DNA from: Acidocella sp.
Lineage (GTDB): Bacteria > Pseudomonadota > Alphaproteobacteria > Acetobacterales > Acetobacteraceae
Assembly: GCA_029077825.1 (NCBI GenBank)
Contig: JAQNCT010000005.1
Location: 5,226-69,225 of the forward strand
Length of the DNA stretch: 64,000 nt
Direction of reading: 5' to 3'
In this document: one piece after another, positions 9,718 to 18,910 of the stretch
Numbering within the stretch: the stretch's first letter is position 1
How the letters are laid out: every line of letters starts with the position of its first letter
Notes under the pieces: model-generated
What the model saw: the letters and a program-made list of their open reading frames with translations, nothing else
Databases searched by the model: none
Told to the model about the DNA's origin: nothing
Translations under genes and position numbers: made by a program

Positions 9718-10608
9718 ATGAAACCAATTCCTCCTTTTCCAGAGAGTTTGGCTGAATCGGCTGGCTTTTTAACTGACCATGAACAAAGCCAGCTATGGCA
9801 GGCAGCGGTACTGATGGCGGATTCCCGCGGCTTGCTGATGCGTCTGACCGGGGGGTTTGGCAGGCAGGTGGAAGCCTTGCGGACACGGCTGGTGCAGGCC
9901 GGGGCGCGGTTTGGCGGTGCGAGCTGGGAAGATTTAACCAGCCGGGCGCAGACAGCGGTGGAGGACGTGCTGTGGAATGCCTATGAATTTGCCATTTTCG
10001 GGTTGGAGGCCACGCCAACATTCCTGCGGCCTGAGAAAGGCCAATGCAACCGGTTGCACCGGTTGGCGGCAACCACCAGTGGCATAGCTTCAGGGTTTGT
10101 CGGGCTGCCGGGCGTGCTGGTGGATATTCCGTTCACCACCACCACCATTTTGCGCAGCATCGCCGCGGTGGCGCAGGGTTATGGCGAGGAATTAAGTGAT
10201 GAAAACACCAGGCGGGCATGCCTGGAAGTGCTGGCATTCGGCGGGCCGGGGGAAGCCGATGATGAAGTGGAAACCAGCTTTTGGGCAGCAAGGCTGGGGT
10301 TGAACCACATGGCGGTATCGCTACTGATAAAATCGGCGGCGGGACGGTTTGGGATTATTTTATCGGAAAAATTTTTAACCCAGGCGGTGCCGGTGATTGG
10401 GGCGGTATCAGGCGGGGCGCTGAATTATGCCTTCACTGACCATTACCAGAAAATGGCGCGGGTGCATTTTTGCCTACGCGCGTTGGAGCGGCGCAGTTTG
10501 GAGCCGCTGATGGTGCGCGAATTGTTTGGGCAGTTGTTAAAAGCAGCGCGGATGCGCCGGAAAATTACCCGCAGGGATGCGAAAAATATGGTTTATTTGC
10601 CTGGGTAA
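9718..10608 (+). CDS. EcsC-family protein
   Basis: The C-terminal pattern VIGAVSGGALNYAFTDHYQKMARVHFCLRALERR is typical of the EcsC family. I moved the start to ATG 9718 because the ORF-track start at 9676 overlaps the rplT terminator. No ecsA or ecsB gene is adjacent. Confidence 0.6.
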   Translation: MKPIPPFPESLAESAGFLTDHEQSQLWQAAVLMADSRGLLMRLTGGFGRQVEALRTRLVQAGARFGGASWEDLTSRAQTAVEDVLWNAYEFAIFGLEATPTFLRPEKGQCNRLHRLAATTSGIASGFVGLPGVLVDIPFTTTTILRSIAAVAQGYGEELSDENTRRACLEVLAFGGPGEADDEVETSFWAARLGLNHMAVSLLIKSAAGRFGIILSEKFLTQAVPVIGAVSGGALNYAFTDHYQKMARVHFCLRALERRSLEPLMVRELFGQLLKAARMRRKITRRDAKNMVYLPG

Positions 10609-10647
10609 GCGTGATGGTAGGAAAATGATGTAGCAGGAAAAGGGCCA

Positions 10648-11517
10648 TTATTTGGCCGGTTTTTTCTCGCGTTTTTGGTGCCAATTATCCATAAGTTTCA
10701 ACACTGCGGCTGAGGTTTCTTCAATAGAGCGGCGCGTGACATCAATGGTGGGCCAACCCCGCGTGTTGCACAGACGCCGTGCCCATAATAGTTCCTTCTC
10801 GACCATTTCAAAATCAACATAATCGCCATTGTCGGTTTTAATGATGCCGGGTTGTGCGCCGGTGCCGATCAATTGCAGGCGATGCCGGCGAATATCTATG
10901 AGGGATTTAGGGTCAATGGTCAGGCCGATGACCGGGCAGCCAGGGTCTGATAAAAGCTCAGGGGGTTCAATACCAGGTACCAGCGGCACATTGGCGGCTT
11001 TGATCCCACGGTTAGCAAGGTAAAAGCAGGTAGGGGTTTTCGATGAACGTGAAACACCCACCAGCACCACATCAGCCTCAGCCATACCGCGATCAGCCTG
11101 GCCGTCATCATGGGAAATGACATAATGCATGGCATCGATGCGGCGGAAATAATCAGCATCTAAAACATATTGCCGGCCGGGGCGGTGTTTGGTGGGAAGG
11201 CCAAGCTGTTCTTGCAACAAGGCCATCACCGGGTCGAGAACATGCAAAATTTTAGTATCAGATCGGGCACAAAATTCATCAATTTCAACGCGTAATGCCG
11301 CATCAACCAAGGAACATAAAACCGGGCCTGGTTCGGCTTGTATCCCCTCAAAAACCCGGTGCAATTGCAACCGGGTGCGAATGAGCGACCAGCGATGATA
11401 ATTTACCTGCGGATCGTCAAATTGCGCAATCGCGGCGCGGGCCATGGCACTTAAAGTGTCACCCGTGGCATCAGAAATGAGATGTATATTTAGCTTAGAA
11501 CTATCCATACGAGCCAC
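10648..11517 (-). CDS. Kinase/pyrophosphorylase of the DUF299 family (PpsR/PDRP-type regulatory protein; RP001-type gene next to alphaproteobacterial origins)
   Basis: 289 aa with [13 protein letters not shown] at the N-terminus and the [12 protein letters not shown]-loop-like motif. The start is either GTG 11517 or ATG 11508. Confidence 0.8.
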   Translation of the reverse strand: MARMDSSKLNIHLISDATGDTLSAMARAAIAQFDDPQVNYHRWSLIRTRLQLHRVFEGIQAEPGPVLCSLVDAALRVEIDEFCARSDTKILHVLDPVMALLQEQLGLPTKHRPGRQYVLDADYFRRIDAMHYVISHDDGQADRGMAEADVVLVGVSRSSKTPTCFYLANRGIKAANVPLVPGIEPPELLSDPGCPVIGLTIDPKSLIDIRRHRLQLIGTGAQPGIIKTDNGDYVDFEMVEKELLWARRLCNTRGWPTIDVTRRSIEETSAAVLKLMDNWHQKREKKPAK

Positions 11518-11787
11518 AATAGCGGGGATAAAACTTCAGGACAGTCTTTGTTTTGCGAATGATGGGGATAGAGTGGTATTTTGATAAACGGTTGATGAGT
11601 GGTGGTGGTATTTTGTGCCGGATGTGTGTAACTGAAATTATGTGTGAAAAATCAATATGTTGTTGATAAAAACTGAATGTGGATAAGGATGTGGATCATA
11701 TTTTGGATGTTTTAACCCCCGTTATCCACAGGGTACCATAACTACAACAATCTTTTAAGAATACTTATTTAAAGGTAGGCCGGGTGT
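11518..11787. other. Probable chromosomal replication origin (hemE-adjacent Cori-type)
   Basis: AT-rich 270-bp spacer between the divergent DUF299 gene and hemE. Perfect DnaA boxes are TGTGGATAA (11678-11686) and TTATCCACA (11722-11730). One-mismatch boxes are TGTTGATAA (11661-11669) and TGTGGATCA (11690-11698). Confidence 0.7.
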
Positions 11788-12822
11788 ATGAAATTAATTG
11801 ATGTGCTGAATGGGCAAGCGGTGTGGCCGCCGCCGGTGTGGTTGATGCGTCAAGCCGGGCGGTATTTGCCGGAGTACCGGGAATTGCGGGCGCAAGCCGG
11901 GGATTTTTTAAAATTATGTATGAATCCGGAGTTAGCCGCTGAGGTGACCTTGCAGCCGGTGCGGCGCTTTGGGTTTGATGCGGCAATTTTATTTTCAGAT
12001 ATTTTGATTTTGCCGATGGTTCTGGGGCAGGATTTAAGGTTTGGCGAAGGTGAAGGCCCGGTTCTGCCACCAATTACCACGCTGGCGGAAGTTTCAGCTC
12101 TAAGTGTGGATGCAGCGGTAGCTGGATTTGCCCCGATTATTGAGACGGTGCGGCGGACCAGAGCGGCATTATCAGATAAAACTGCATTGATCGGGTTTGC
12201 CGGCGGTCCGTTTACCGTGGCTTGTTATATGCTTGATGGTAAAGGCAGCGGTGGGGATTTTCCGCGCACCAGGATGTTGGCTTATGAAAATCCGGCGCTG
12301 GTGGATGCGGTTATCGAACTGCTGGTGGCAGCGACAATTTTATATTTGCAAGCGCAACTTGATGCAGGGGCAAATTGCGTGATGCTGTTCGAAAGCTGGG
12401 CTGGAATATTGCCGGCGCGGTTATTCAGAAAACTGGTTATTGAGCCGAACCGGCAGATTGTTGCGGCATTGCGCGCTTACAACCCGGCGGTAAAAATAAT
12501 TGGCTTTCCGCGTTTGAGTGGTTTGCTGGTGGGTGAGTATGTTCGAGGTACCGGCGTTGATGCGGTGGGGTTGGATAGCGTAACTGACCCTGCCGCCGCG
12601 ATTGCCGCTTGTCCGCCCGGCTGCGTGTTTCAAGGCAATTTGGACCCTTTGTTGTTGCGGGTGGGTGGCTCGGTGTTGGACAATGGGATAAAAGCTGTGC
12701 TCGATGGATTCCGCGGTCAGCGGCATATTTTTAACTTAGGGCATGGTATTACACCAGATGTAAAACCCGAGACCGTGGCGCAGTTGATGAATGTCATTCA
12801 AACCTCATCTAAATCTCCATGA
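11788..12822 (+). CDS. hemE: Uroporphyrinogen decarboxylase
   Basis: 344 aa with PVWLMRQAGRYLPEYRELR near the N-terminus. Confidence 0.95.
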   Translation: MKLIDVLNGQAVWPPPVWLMRQAGRYLPEYRELRAQAGDFLKLCMNPELAAEVTLQPVRRFGFDAAILFSDILILPMVLGQDLRFGEGEGPVLPPITTLAEVSALSVDAAVAGFAPIIETVRRTRAALSDKTALIGFAGGPFTVACYMLDGKGSGGDFPRTRMLAYENPALVDAVIELLVAATILYLQAQLDAGANCVMLFESWAGILPARLFRKLVIEPNRQIVAALRAYNPAVKIIGFPRLSGLLVGEYVRGTGVDAVGLDSVTDPAAAIAACPPGCVFQGNLDPLLLRVGGSVLDNGIKAVLDGFRGQRHIFNLGHGITPDVKPETVAQLMNVIQTSSKSP

Positions 12823-13877
12823 AAACTGCTATTGTTTTATTTAACCTGGGCGGGCCAGATGAGCCTGAGGCGATTAAGCCGTTCCGGGTCAATTTATTCT
12901 CGGACCCAGCGATTATCCGCGCCCCTATATTTATTCGGTTTTGGTTGGCCAGACTGATTGCGGCAAGCTCGTCTAAAACGGCTGTAGCGAATTATGAGCG
13001 CATGGGTGGGCGTTCGCCATTGCTTGATTTAACCACCCAGCAAGGCGAGGCGCTGGAGGCTGAATTAAGCGATATTGGGGCGAAATGCTTTATCGCGATG
13101 CGCTATTGGCACCCGTTTGCGGCCGAGACAGTCAAGCAAGTGAAGGCCTATGCACCGGACCGGATTTTACTTTTGCCGCTATATCCGCAGTTTTCAACCA
13201 CCACCACCGGCAGTTCATTGCGCGACTGGCATGAACAAGCTGCCAAAGGCGGGTTGGTGGCACCAACCACCAGCCTTTGCTGTTTTTATGACGACCCTGA
13301 TTATGCGGCGGCCATTGCCGGGTTGGTGGATGAGGAAATCACCAAGGCGCGTGCGGCTTTGCCACCAGGGGTAAAATTGCGGTTGTTGTTTTCAGCCCAT
13401 GGCTTGCCAGAGGCCATCATAAAGGCCGGTGATCCCTATCAGGCGGAAGTTGAAGCCAGTGTGGCAGCGGTAATGGCAAGGCTGGTTGATGGTGATGTTG
13501 AGCACCAGGTTTGTTACCAATCACGCGCGACACCACAAAAATGGATCTCGCCGAGCACCATTGAAGCCATCGAGCAAGCGGGGGTTGACCAGATTGCCGT
13601 GATACTGGTGCCAGTTGCGTTTGTTTCAGACCATATCGAGACATTGGTGGAGCTTGATATTGAAAATGCCGAGCTGGCGCATGAAAAAAATGTGCCTGGG
13701 TATTTCAGAGCCAGGGTACCAAATTCTGACCCGGCGTTTATTGCCGCACTGGCCAAGTTGGCACGGCGGGCGGTAGCGCAGGGTGATGGGTTATGCAGCC
13801 ACAAGGGTGGGCGTTCATGTGATGTAAGCCATACGGATTGTCCGTGGGCGCGCTATAAGGTGCGCGATGCCGCCTGA
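12819..13877 (+). CDS. hemH: Ferrochelatase
   Basis: 352 aa with the LLFSAHGLPE and FVSDHIETL motifs. An ATGA overlap joins it to hemE. The C-terminal tail is Cys-rich (C-x7-C-x6-C). Confidence 0.9.
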   Translation: MKTAIVLFNLGGPDEPEAIKPFRVNLFSDPAIIRAPIFIRFWLARLIAASSSKTAVANYERMGGRSPLLDLTTQQGEALEAELSDIGAKCFIAMRYWHPFAAETVKQVKAYAPDRILLLPLYPQFSTTTTGSSLRDWHEQAAKGGLVAPTTSLCCFYDDPDYAAAIAGLVDEEITKARAALPPGVKLRLLFSAHGLPEAIIKAGDPYQAEVEASVAAVMARLVDGDVEHQVCYQSRATPQKWISPSTIEAIEQAGVDQIAVILVPVAFVSDHIETLVELDIENAELAHEKNVPGYFRARVPNSDPAFIAALAKLARRAVAQGDGLCSHKGGRSCDVSHTDCPWARYKVRDAA

Positions 13878-14526
13878 GTTGATTATATTTGATTGTGACG
13901 GCGTGCTGATTGATAGCGAGGGGATTGCAGCCCGGCTGATTGCCCAAAATCTTACGCAACACGGCTGGCCCATGACGGCGCTGGAAAATCAGGCGCTGTT
14001 TTTAGGCATGTCGATGACAACGATGCAGCCGATGGTTGAGGCGCATTTGGGGCATAAAATGCCTGAGGGCTGGCGCGATGCGTTAGCCCAGGATTTGATT
14101 GTAGCACTGGCGGCCGAGGCTGAGCCGATTGCCGGGGCCAAGCAAACTCTGGAACGGTTGAATGCGATGGGGGTGCCCTGGCGGGTGGCGTCCAACTCGT
14201 CAGATGCTGAGATGACGGCAAAATTCAGCCGGGTGGGGATGACCCAACTCGTCACCGGGCGGACATTTGCCAGTGCGCGGTGGGGCCGCCCGAAACCCGC
14301 ACCTGATGTGTTTTTGGCGGCGGCGGCGGATGCCGGGGTGGCACCGGCGCATTGTCTGGTAATCGAGGACAGCGTGCTGGGTATCAAGGGGGCGGTGGCG
14401 GCCGGCATGCTGGTTTATGGCTTTGACCCTCACGGGCCAGGGCACCTATTGCTGGAAGCTGGGGCGGCGTTGGTGCTGCATGGGCTGGATGAGCTGTTCT
14501 TGAATTTGAATAAGGAAGCTGCATGA
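13867..14526 (+). CDS. HAD-IA family hydrolase
   Basis: 219 aa with the LIIFDCDGVLIDSE DxDxV motif and a later VIEDSVLGIKGAVAAG motif. It overlaps hemH (11 nt) and hemJ (4 nt). Confidence 0.8.
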   Translation: MPPELIIFDCDGVLIDSEGIAARLIAQNLTQHGWPMTALENQALFLGMSMTTMQPMVEAHLGHKMPEGWRDALAQDLIVALAAEAEPIAGAKQTLERLNAMGVPWRVASNSSDAEMTAKFSRVGMTQLVTGRTFASARWGRPKPAPDVFLAAAADAGVAPAHCLVIEDSVLGIKGAVAAGMLVYGFDPHGPGHLLLEAGAALVLHGLDELFLNLNKEAA

Positions 14527-14966
14527 CGATCAATGGGCTGCTGCCATTTATCCGCTGGGATCTGGCGTTGCATATTATTTCGTTCACCGCTTGGATGGGT
14601 GGGCTGTTCTATCTGCCCCGGCTGTATGTATATCATTGTCAGGTGGCACCGGGGACGGCAGAATCCGCGCGCTTTAAGGTGATGGAGTATAAGCTCTTGA
14701 AATACATCACCATACCGGCGATGATTTCAACCTGGCTGTTTGGGATATTGTTGGTTTTAACGCCCGGTGCGGTGGATTGGACAGCGGCCTGGTGGTGGAC
14801 GAAGTTTACCTCAGTGATTTTGATGAGCGGTTTTACCGGGGCCTGCGGCAAATGGCGGAAGAATTTTCTGGTGGATGCCAACGTGAAGCCGGAGCGGTTT
14901 TACCGGATTGCCAATGAAGTGCCGACGATTTTGATGGTTATTATTGTGCTTTGTGTGGTGGTTTGA
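14523..14966 (+). CDS. hemJ: Protoporphyrinogen IX oxidase HemJ (UPF0093)
   Basis: 147 aa membrane protein with LHIISFTAWMGGLFYLPRLYVYH, characteristic of HemJ. Confidence 0.8.
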   Translation: MTINGLLPFIRWDLALHIISFTAWMGGLFYLPRLYVYHCQVAPGTAESARFKVMEYKLLKYITIPAMISTWLFGILLVLTPGAVDWTAAWWWTKFTSVILMSGFTGACGKWRKNFLVDANVKPERFYRIANEVPTILMVIIVLCVVV

Positions 14967-14978
14967 GGCAGGTGGGGA

Positions 14979-15003
14979 GGTTCCCGCCTTTGCGGGAATG
15001 ACG
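14979..15003. repeat. Single REP-like hairpin GGTTCCCGCCTTTGCGGGAATGACG
   Basis: Perfect 7-bp stem TTCCCGC/GCGGGAA with an ATGAC flank, located just after the hemJ stop. Confidence 0.85.
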
Positions 15004-15033
15004 AAGAGGGCAGTTGGGGGAGATATAACGCAT

Positions 15034-15672
15034 ATGCGTAAAATTTTGGTGGCTTTGGTGATGTGCCTGGGTTTGGCGCATGGGGCGGCAGCGCAGAGCA
15101 TTATTGAAGATTGGGGGCTGGTAACACCGCCTGCAGCACCTATCCCGCAGACAATTACCCTCAACCCCAAGACCACGGCGTTTCTGGCGCTGGATTTTAC
15201 CGGCGTTAAGGATGCGAAAAAGGGCCCGTGCAACATCTCCCGGCCACGCTGCATGTCATCATTGCCGGCGGTTGCGAAAATGCTAAAGGCAGCCAGAGCG
15301 GCTGGCGTGTTAGTTATCTATAGTGTCACCAGCGCCGGCGGGCCGGAGGATATTGACCCTTATATCGCTCCGCAGCCGGGTGATCCGGTTGAGAAAAGTG
15401 GGCCAGATAAGTTTATCGGGACTGATTTAGCCAAAATTCTGGCCAGCCATGGGATTAAAACCGTGGTGGTAACAGGCACCGCCGCCGAGGGCGCTGTGCT
15501 GCAAACCGTGACCGATGCGGTGTTGCGCGAGGGGTTGCAAGCGGTGGTGCCGGTGGCCGGCATGTCATCGAGCCTGTTATATGATGAGCAATATGTGGCT
15601 TGGTACTTCCTCAACGCGCCGGGGTTGAAGGGCAAAGTGGTGCTGACCCAGCGCAGATTGATGTCCTATTAA
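15034..15672 (+). CDS. Exported isochorismatase-family (cysteine hydrolase fold) protein, apparently lacking the nucleophile Cys
   Basis: I moved the start to ATG 15034 (MRKILVALVMCLGLAHGAAAQ signal peptide, GGGGGA RBS), because the ORF-track start at 14944 reads through the REP hairpin. The fold motifs are FLALDFTG, PDKFIGTDL and VVVTGTAAEGAVLQT. Confidence 0.65.
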   Translation: MRKILVALVMCLGLAHGAAAQSIIEDWGLVTPPAAPIPQTITLNPKTTAFLALDFTGVKDAKKGPCNISRPRCMSSLPAVAKMLKAARAAGVLVIYSVTSAGGPEDIDPYIAPQPGDPVEKSGPDKFIGTDLAKILASHGIKTVVVTGTAAEGAVLQTVTDAVLREGLQAVVPVAGMSSSLLYDEQYVAWYFLNAPGLKGKVVLTQRRLMSY

Positions 15673-15809
15673 CCCACAGAGTATTGACGCCACCCTGGGC
15701 ATCCGGCATTGACGGGCAACCGGCCGTTCGTGTCCGGTATCCTTTCCCCTGGCTGGTATTGCTACACCTTGGTTTCAGCGGGATTCCCTAGAACTGGATT
15801 GTTGCGCCG

Positions 15810-17084
15810 ATGCATCTCGCCGAATTAAAGGCTAAGTCTCCTACTGATTTATTGAATTTGGCGGAGGAGTTGGAGGTTGAAAACGCCTCCTCGCTCCGCA
15901 AACAAGACATGATGTTTGCCATTTTGAAGGCGTTTGCTGAAAATGAGCAAACCATCTCAGGTGATGGCACGTTGGAGATTTTGCCAGACGGGTTTGGGTT
16001 TCTGCGCAACCCGGAAGCCAATTACCTGCCCGGCCCTGAGGATATTTATGTATCACCTGCCCAGGTACGGCGGTTTTCGCTCCGTACCGGTGATACGGTG
16101 GATGGTGAAATTCGCGCCCCCAAAGAGGGTGAGCGGTATTTTGCGCTGGTAAAGGTTGATAAGATCAATTTTGAAGCGCCGGATGCCGTGAAGCACCGGA
16201 TAAATTTTGACAATTTAACGCCGCTCTACCCCACCTCGCGCCTGAAGATGGAAAATGAGCTGGCTGAGCTTCCAGCCAAAGGCCAGGTGAAAGATAACAC
16301 TCCGCGGGTGATTGATTTAATTGCGCCGATTGGCAAAGGCCAACGCGCTTTGATTGTGGCGCCCCCGCGCACCGGTAAAACCGTAATGCTGCAAACCATT
16401 GCCGCTGCTATCTCACACAACCACCCGGAAGTGTTTTTGATCGTGCTGCTGATTGATGAGCGGCCTGAAGAAGTGACCGACATGTCACGCAGCGTGAAGG
16501 GTGAGGTGGTAGCCTCAACCTTTGATGAGCCAGCGACGCGCCATGTGCAGGTGACCGAAATGGTGTTGGAAAAAGCCAAGCGGCTGGTTGAGCACAAGCG
16601 CGATGTGGTGATTTTGTTGGATTCCATCACGCGTCTGGCGCGGGCTTATAACACCGTGGTGCCATCATCAGGTAAGGTGCTGACCGGCGGTGTGGATGCG
16701 AATGCCCTGCAACGCCCGAAGCGGTTTTTTGGCGCGGCGCGTAATATTGAGGAAGGTGGTTCATTAACCATTATTGCCACCGCGCTGATTGATACCGGCA
16801 GCCGGATGGATGAAGTGATTTTCGAGGAGTTCAAAGGCACGGGCAATTCAGAAATTATTCTGGACCGTAAACTCTCAGACAAACGCACCTTCCCGGCGAT
16901 TGATATTACCAAGTCAGGTACGCGCAAGGAGGAGTTGCTGGTTGATAAGTCAACACTTTCCAAAATGTGGGTGTTGCGGCGCATACTGAACCCGATGGGC
17001 ACCACCGATGCGATGGAATTTTTGCTGGATAAGCTGAAATACAGCAAAACCAACAATGACTTTTTTGAAGCCATGAATACTTAG
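15810..17084 (+). CDS. rho: Transcription termination factor Rho
   Basis: 424 aa with [25 protein letters not shown], Walker A APPRTGKT and the RLARAYN motif. Confidence 0.97.
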   Translation: MHLAELKAKSPTDLLNLAEELEVENASSLRKQDMMFAILKAFAENEQTISGDGTLEILPDGFGFLRNPEANYLPGPEDIYVSPAQVRRFSLRTGDTVDGEIRAPKEGERYFALVKVDKINFEAPDAVKHRINFDNLTPLYPTSRLKMENELAELPAKGQVKDNTPRVIDLIAPIGKGQRALIVAPPRTGKTVMLQTIAAAISHNHPEVFLIVLLIDERPEEVTDMSRSVKGEVVASTFDEPATRHVQVTEMVLEKAKRLVEHKRDVVILLDSITRLARAYNTVVPSSGKVLTGGVDANALQRPKRFFGAARNIEEGGSLTIIATALIDTGSRMDEVIFEEFKGTGNSEIILDRKLSDKRTFPAIDITKSGTRKEELLVDKSTLSKMWVLRRILNPMGTTDAMEFLLDKLKYSKTNNDFFEAMNT

Positions 17085-17177
17085 TGGGTATGAACACTTA
17101 ATGGCTAATATTTAACGGATATCCGCTACCCTGCCCTGGCGGGGATGACAGAATTTTTTACGATAAAGGGTAACACC

Positions 17178-18488
17178 ATGCCGGACATGAACGTAGCGAC
17201 TGAAGATTACAAGGTTAAGGATATTTCTCTGGCGGCCTGGGGCCGTAAGGAAATTGCCATGGCTGAGGATGAAATGCCGGGGCTGATGGCGCTGCGCGAG
17301 GAGTTTGGCGGCCAACAAATATTAAAAGGTGCGCGCATTGTGGGTTCATTGCACATGACCGTGCAAACCGCCGTGTTGATTGAAACGCTCACCGCTTTGG
17401 GTGCCAGCGTGCGCTGGTCATCATGCAATATATTCTCAACCCAGGACCATGCTGCCGCCGCGATGGCGCAGGTAGGCGTGCCGGTGTTTGCCTGGAAGGG
17501 CATGAGCGAGGATGAGTTTTGGTGGTGCATTGAGCAAACCTTGCGCGGCCCGGATGGCTGGACGCCGAACATGATTCTTGACGACGGCGGCGATGTGACC
17601 AAGCTGATGCATGATAAATATCCTGAAATGATGAAGGATATTAAGGGCATCTCTGAGGAAACCACCACCGGCGTGCACCGGCTGTGGGAGATGGCAAAGG
17701 CTGGCACATTGTCAGTGCCGGCGATAAATGTGAACGATTCCGTAACAAAATCAAAGTTTGATAATTTGTACGGCTGCCGCGAAAGCCTGGTGGATGGCAT
17801 TCGCCGTGGCACTGATGTGATGATGTCTGGCAAGGTGGCGGTGGTGGCAGGCTTTGGTGATGTGGGTAAAGGCTCAGCGGCCAGCCTGCGCAATGCCGGC
17901 TGCCGCGTGATGGTCACCGAGATTGACCCGATTTGCGCGCTGCAAGCGGCGATGGAAGGTTATGAGGTTGTGACCATGGATGATGCCGCCCCGCGTGGTG
18001 ATATTTTTGTAACCGCCACCGGCAATGTGGATGTGATTACCATTGACCATATGCGCGCCATGAAGAACCGCGCGATTGTATGCAACATTGGCCATTTTGA
18101 TTCTGAGATTCAAATTGAAGCGCTGCGCAACAATAAATGGAACAACATCAAGCCGCAGGTTGATGAAATTGAATTCTCTGATGGTAAAAAACTAATCGTG
18201 CTCTCAGAAGGCCGTTTGGTTAATCTGGGCAATGCCACCGGCCACCCAAGCTTTGTGATGAGTGCCAGTTTTACCAACCAGGTGTTGGCGCAAATCGAGC
18301 TGTGGACAGCACCGCCGGGCAAATACGAGAATAAAGTGTATGTGTTGCCACGCCATTTGGATGAGAAAGTGGCAGCACTGCATTTGGCGAAAGTGGGCGC
18401 CAAACTAACACCGCTGACGCCCAAGCAGGCCAGCTATTTGGGCTTGGCGCAATCTGGCCCGTTCAAGCATGAGCTGTATCGCTACTAA
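17178..18488 (+). CDS. ahcY: Adenosylhomocysteinase
   Basis: [31 protein letters not shown]... and [10 protein letters not shown] (NAD-binding site). The start is uncertain: the ORF track gives 17145, and I prefer ATG 17178. Confidence 0.93.
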   Translation: MPDMNVATEDYKVKDISLAAWGRKEIAMAEDEMPGLMALREEFGGQQILKGARIVGSLHMTVQTAVLIETLTALGASVRWSSCNIFSTQDHAAAAMAQVGVPVFAWKGMSEDEFWWCIEQTLRGPDGWTPNMILDDGGDVTKLMHDKYPEMMKDIKGISEETTTGVHRLWEMAKAGTLSVPAINVNDSVTKSKFDNLYGCRESLVDGIRRGTDVMMSGKVAVVAGFGDVGKGSAASLRNAGCRVMVTEIDPICALQAAMEGYEVVTMDDAAPRGDIFVTATGNVDVITIDHMRAMKNRAIVCNIGHFDSEIQIEALRNNKWNNIKPQVDEIEFSDGKKLIVLSEGRLVNLGNATGHPSFVMSASFTNQVLAQIELWTAPPGKYENKVYVLPRHLDEKVAALHLAKVGAKLTPLTPKQASYLGLAQSGPFKHELYRY

Positions 18489-18910
18489 TGGCTGCTGGCG
18501 GTAACATTCTGGCCGTACTGGGGCTTGCAGCCCTGGTCGGCGGGATGGTGTTTTTTGGCGCGGTGATGGCACCGTTGATATTCACCACCTTGCCGGCTGA
18601 GTCTGCCGGGGTACTGATCCGCGCTACCTTTCCGCGTTATTACGCTTTCATTGTGGTAAGTGCCACGCTGGCGGCCATTGGGTTTGGGCTGCGCGGCCAA
18701 ATTATGCCGGTGGTGGTGCTGGCCCTTATGGTTGTCGCGGTGTTGTATGCCTGGCTGTGGTTGATCCCGTATCTGAACAGTATGCGTGATGCCGGGCAGA
18801 TGGTGGCCTTCAACCGGGGGCATAAGTTTTCAACCTGGCTGAACGGCATTGAGCTGGTGGCGGCGTTATGGTTGTTGGTGAAAACCGCGCTGCTGATAGG
18901 CCCGCGTTAG
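18488..18910 (+). CDS. DUF4149 (TMEM205-like) membrane protein
   Basis: 140 aa with four predicted TM segments. The start overlaps the ahcY stop (TAATG). Confidence 0.55.
   Translation: MAAGGNILAVLGLAALVGGMVFFGAVMAPLIFTTLPAESAGVLIRATFPRYYAFIVVSATLAAIGFGLRGQIMPVVVLALMVVAVLYAWLWLIPYLNSMRDAGQMVAFNRGHKFSTWLNGIELVAALWLLVKTALLIGPR

Noticed and set aside
17085-17177. A possible SAH riboswitch upstream of ahcY.
   Set aside because: The leader lacks the conserved SAH-element segments as I remember them (a GAGGAGCGCUGC-like 5' strand and CAGGCUCGG / AACGGCGCUCAC-like partners). What is present is a degenerate REP-like hairpin (CCGC...GCGGGGATGAC at 17118-17149).
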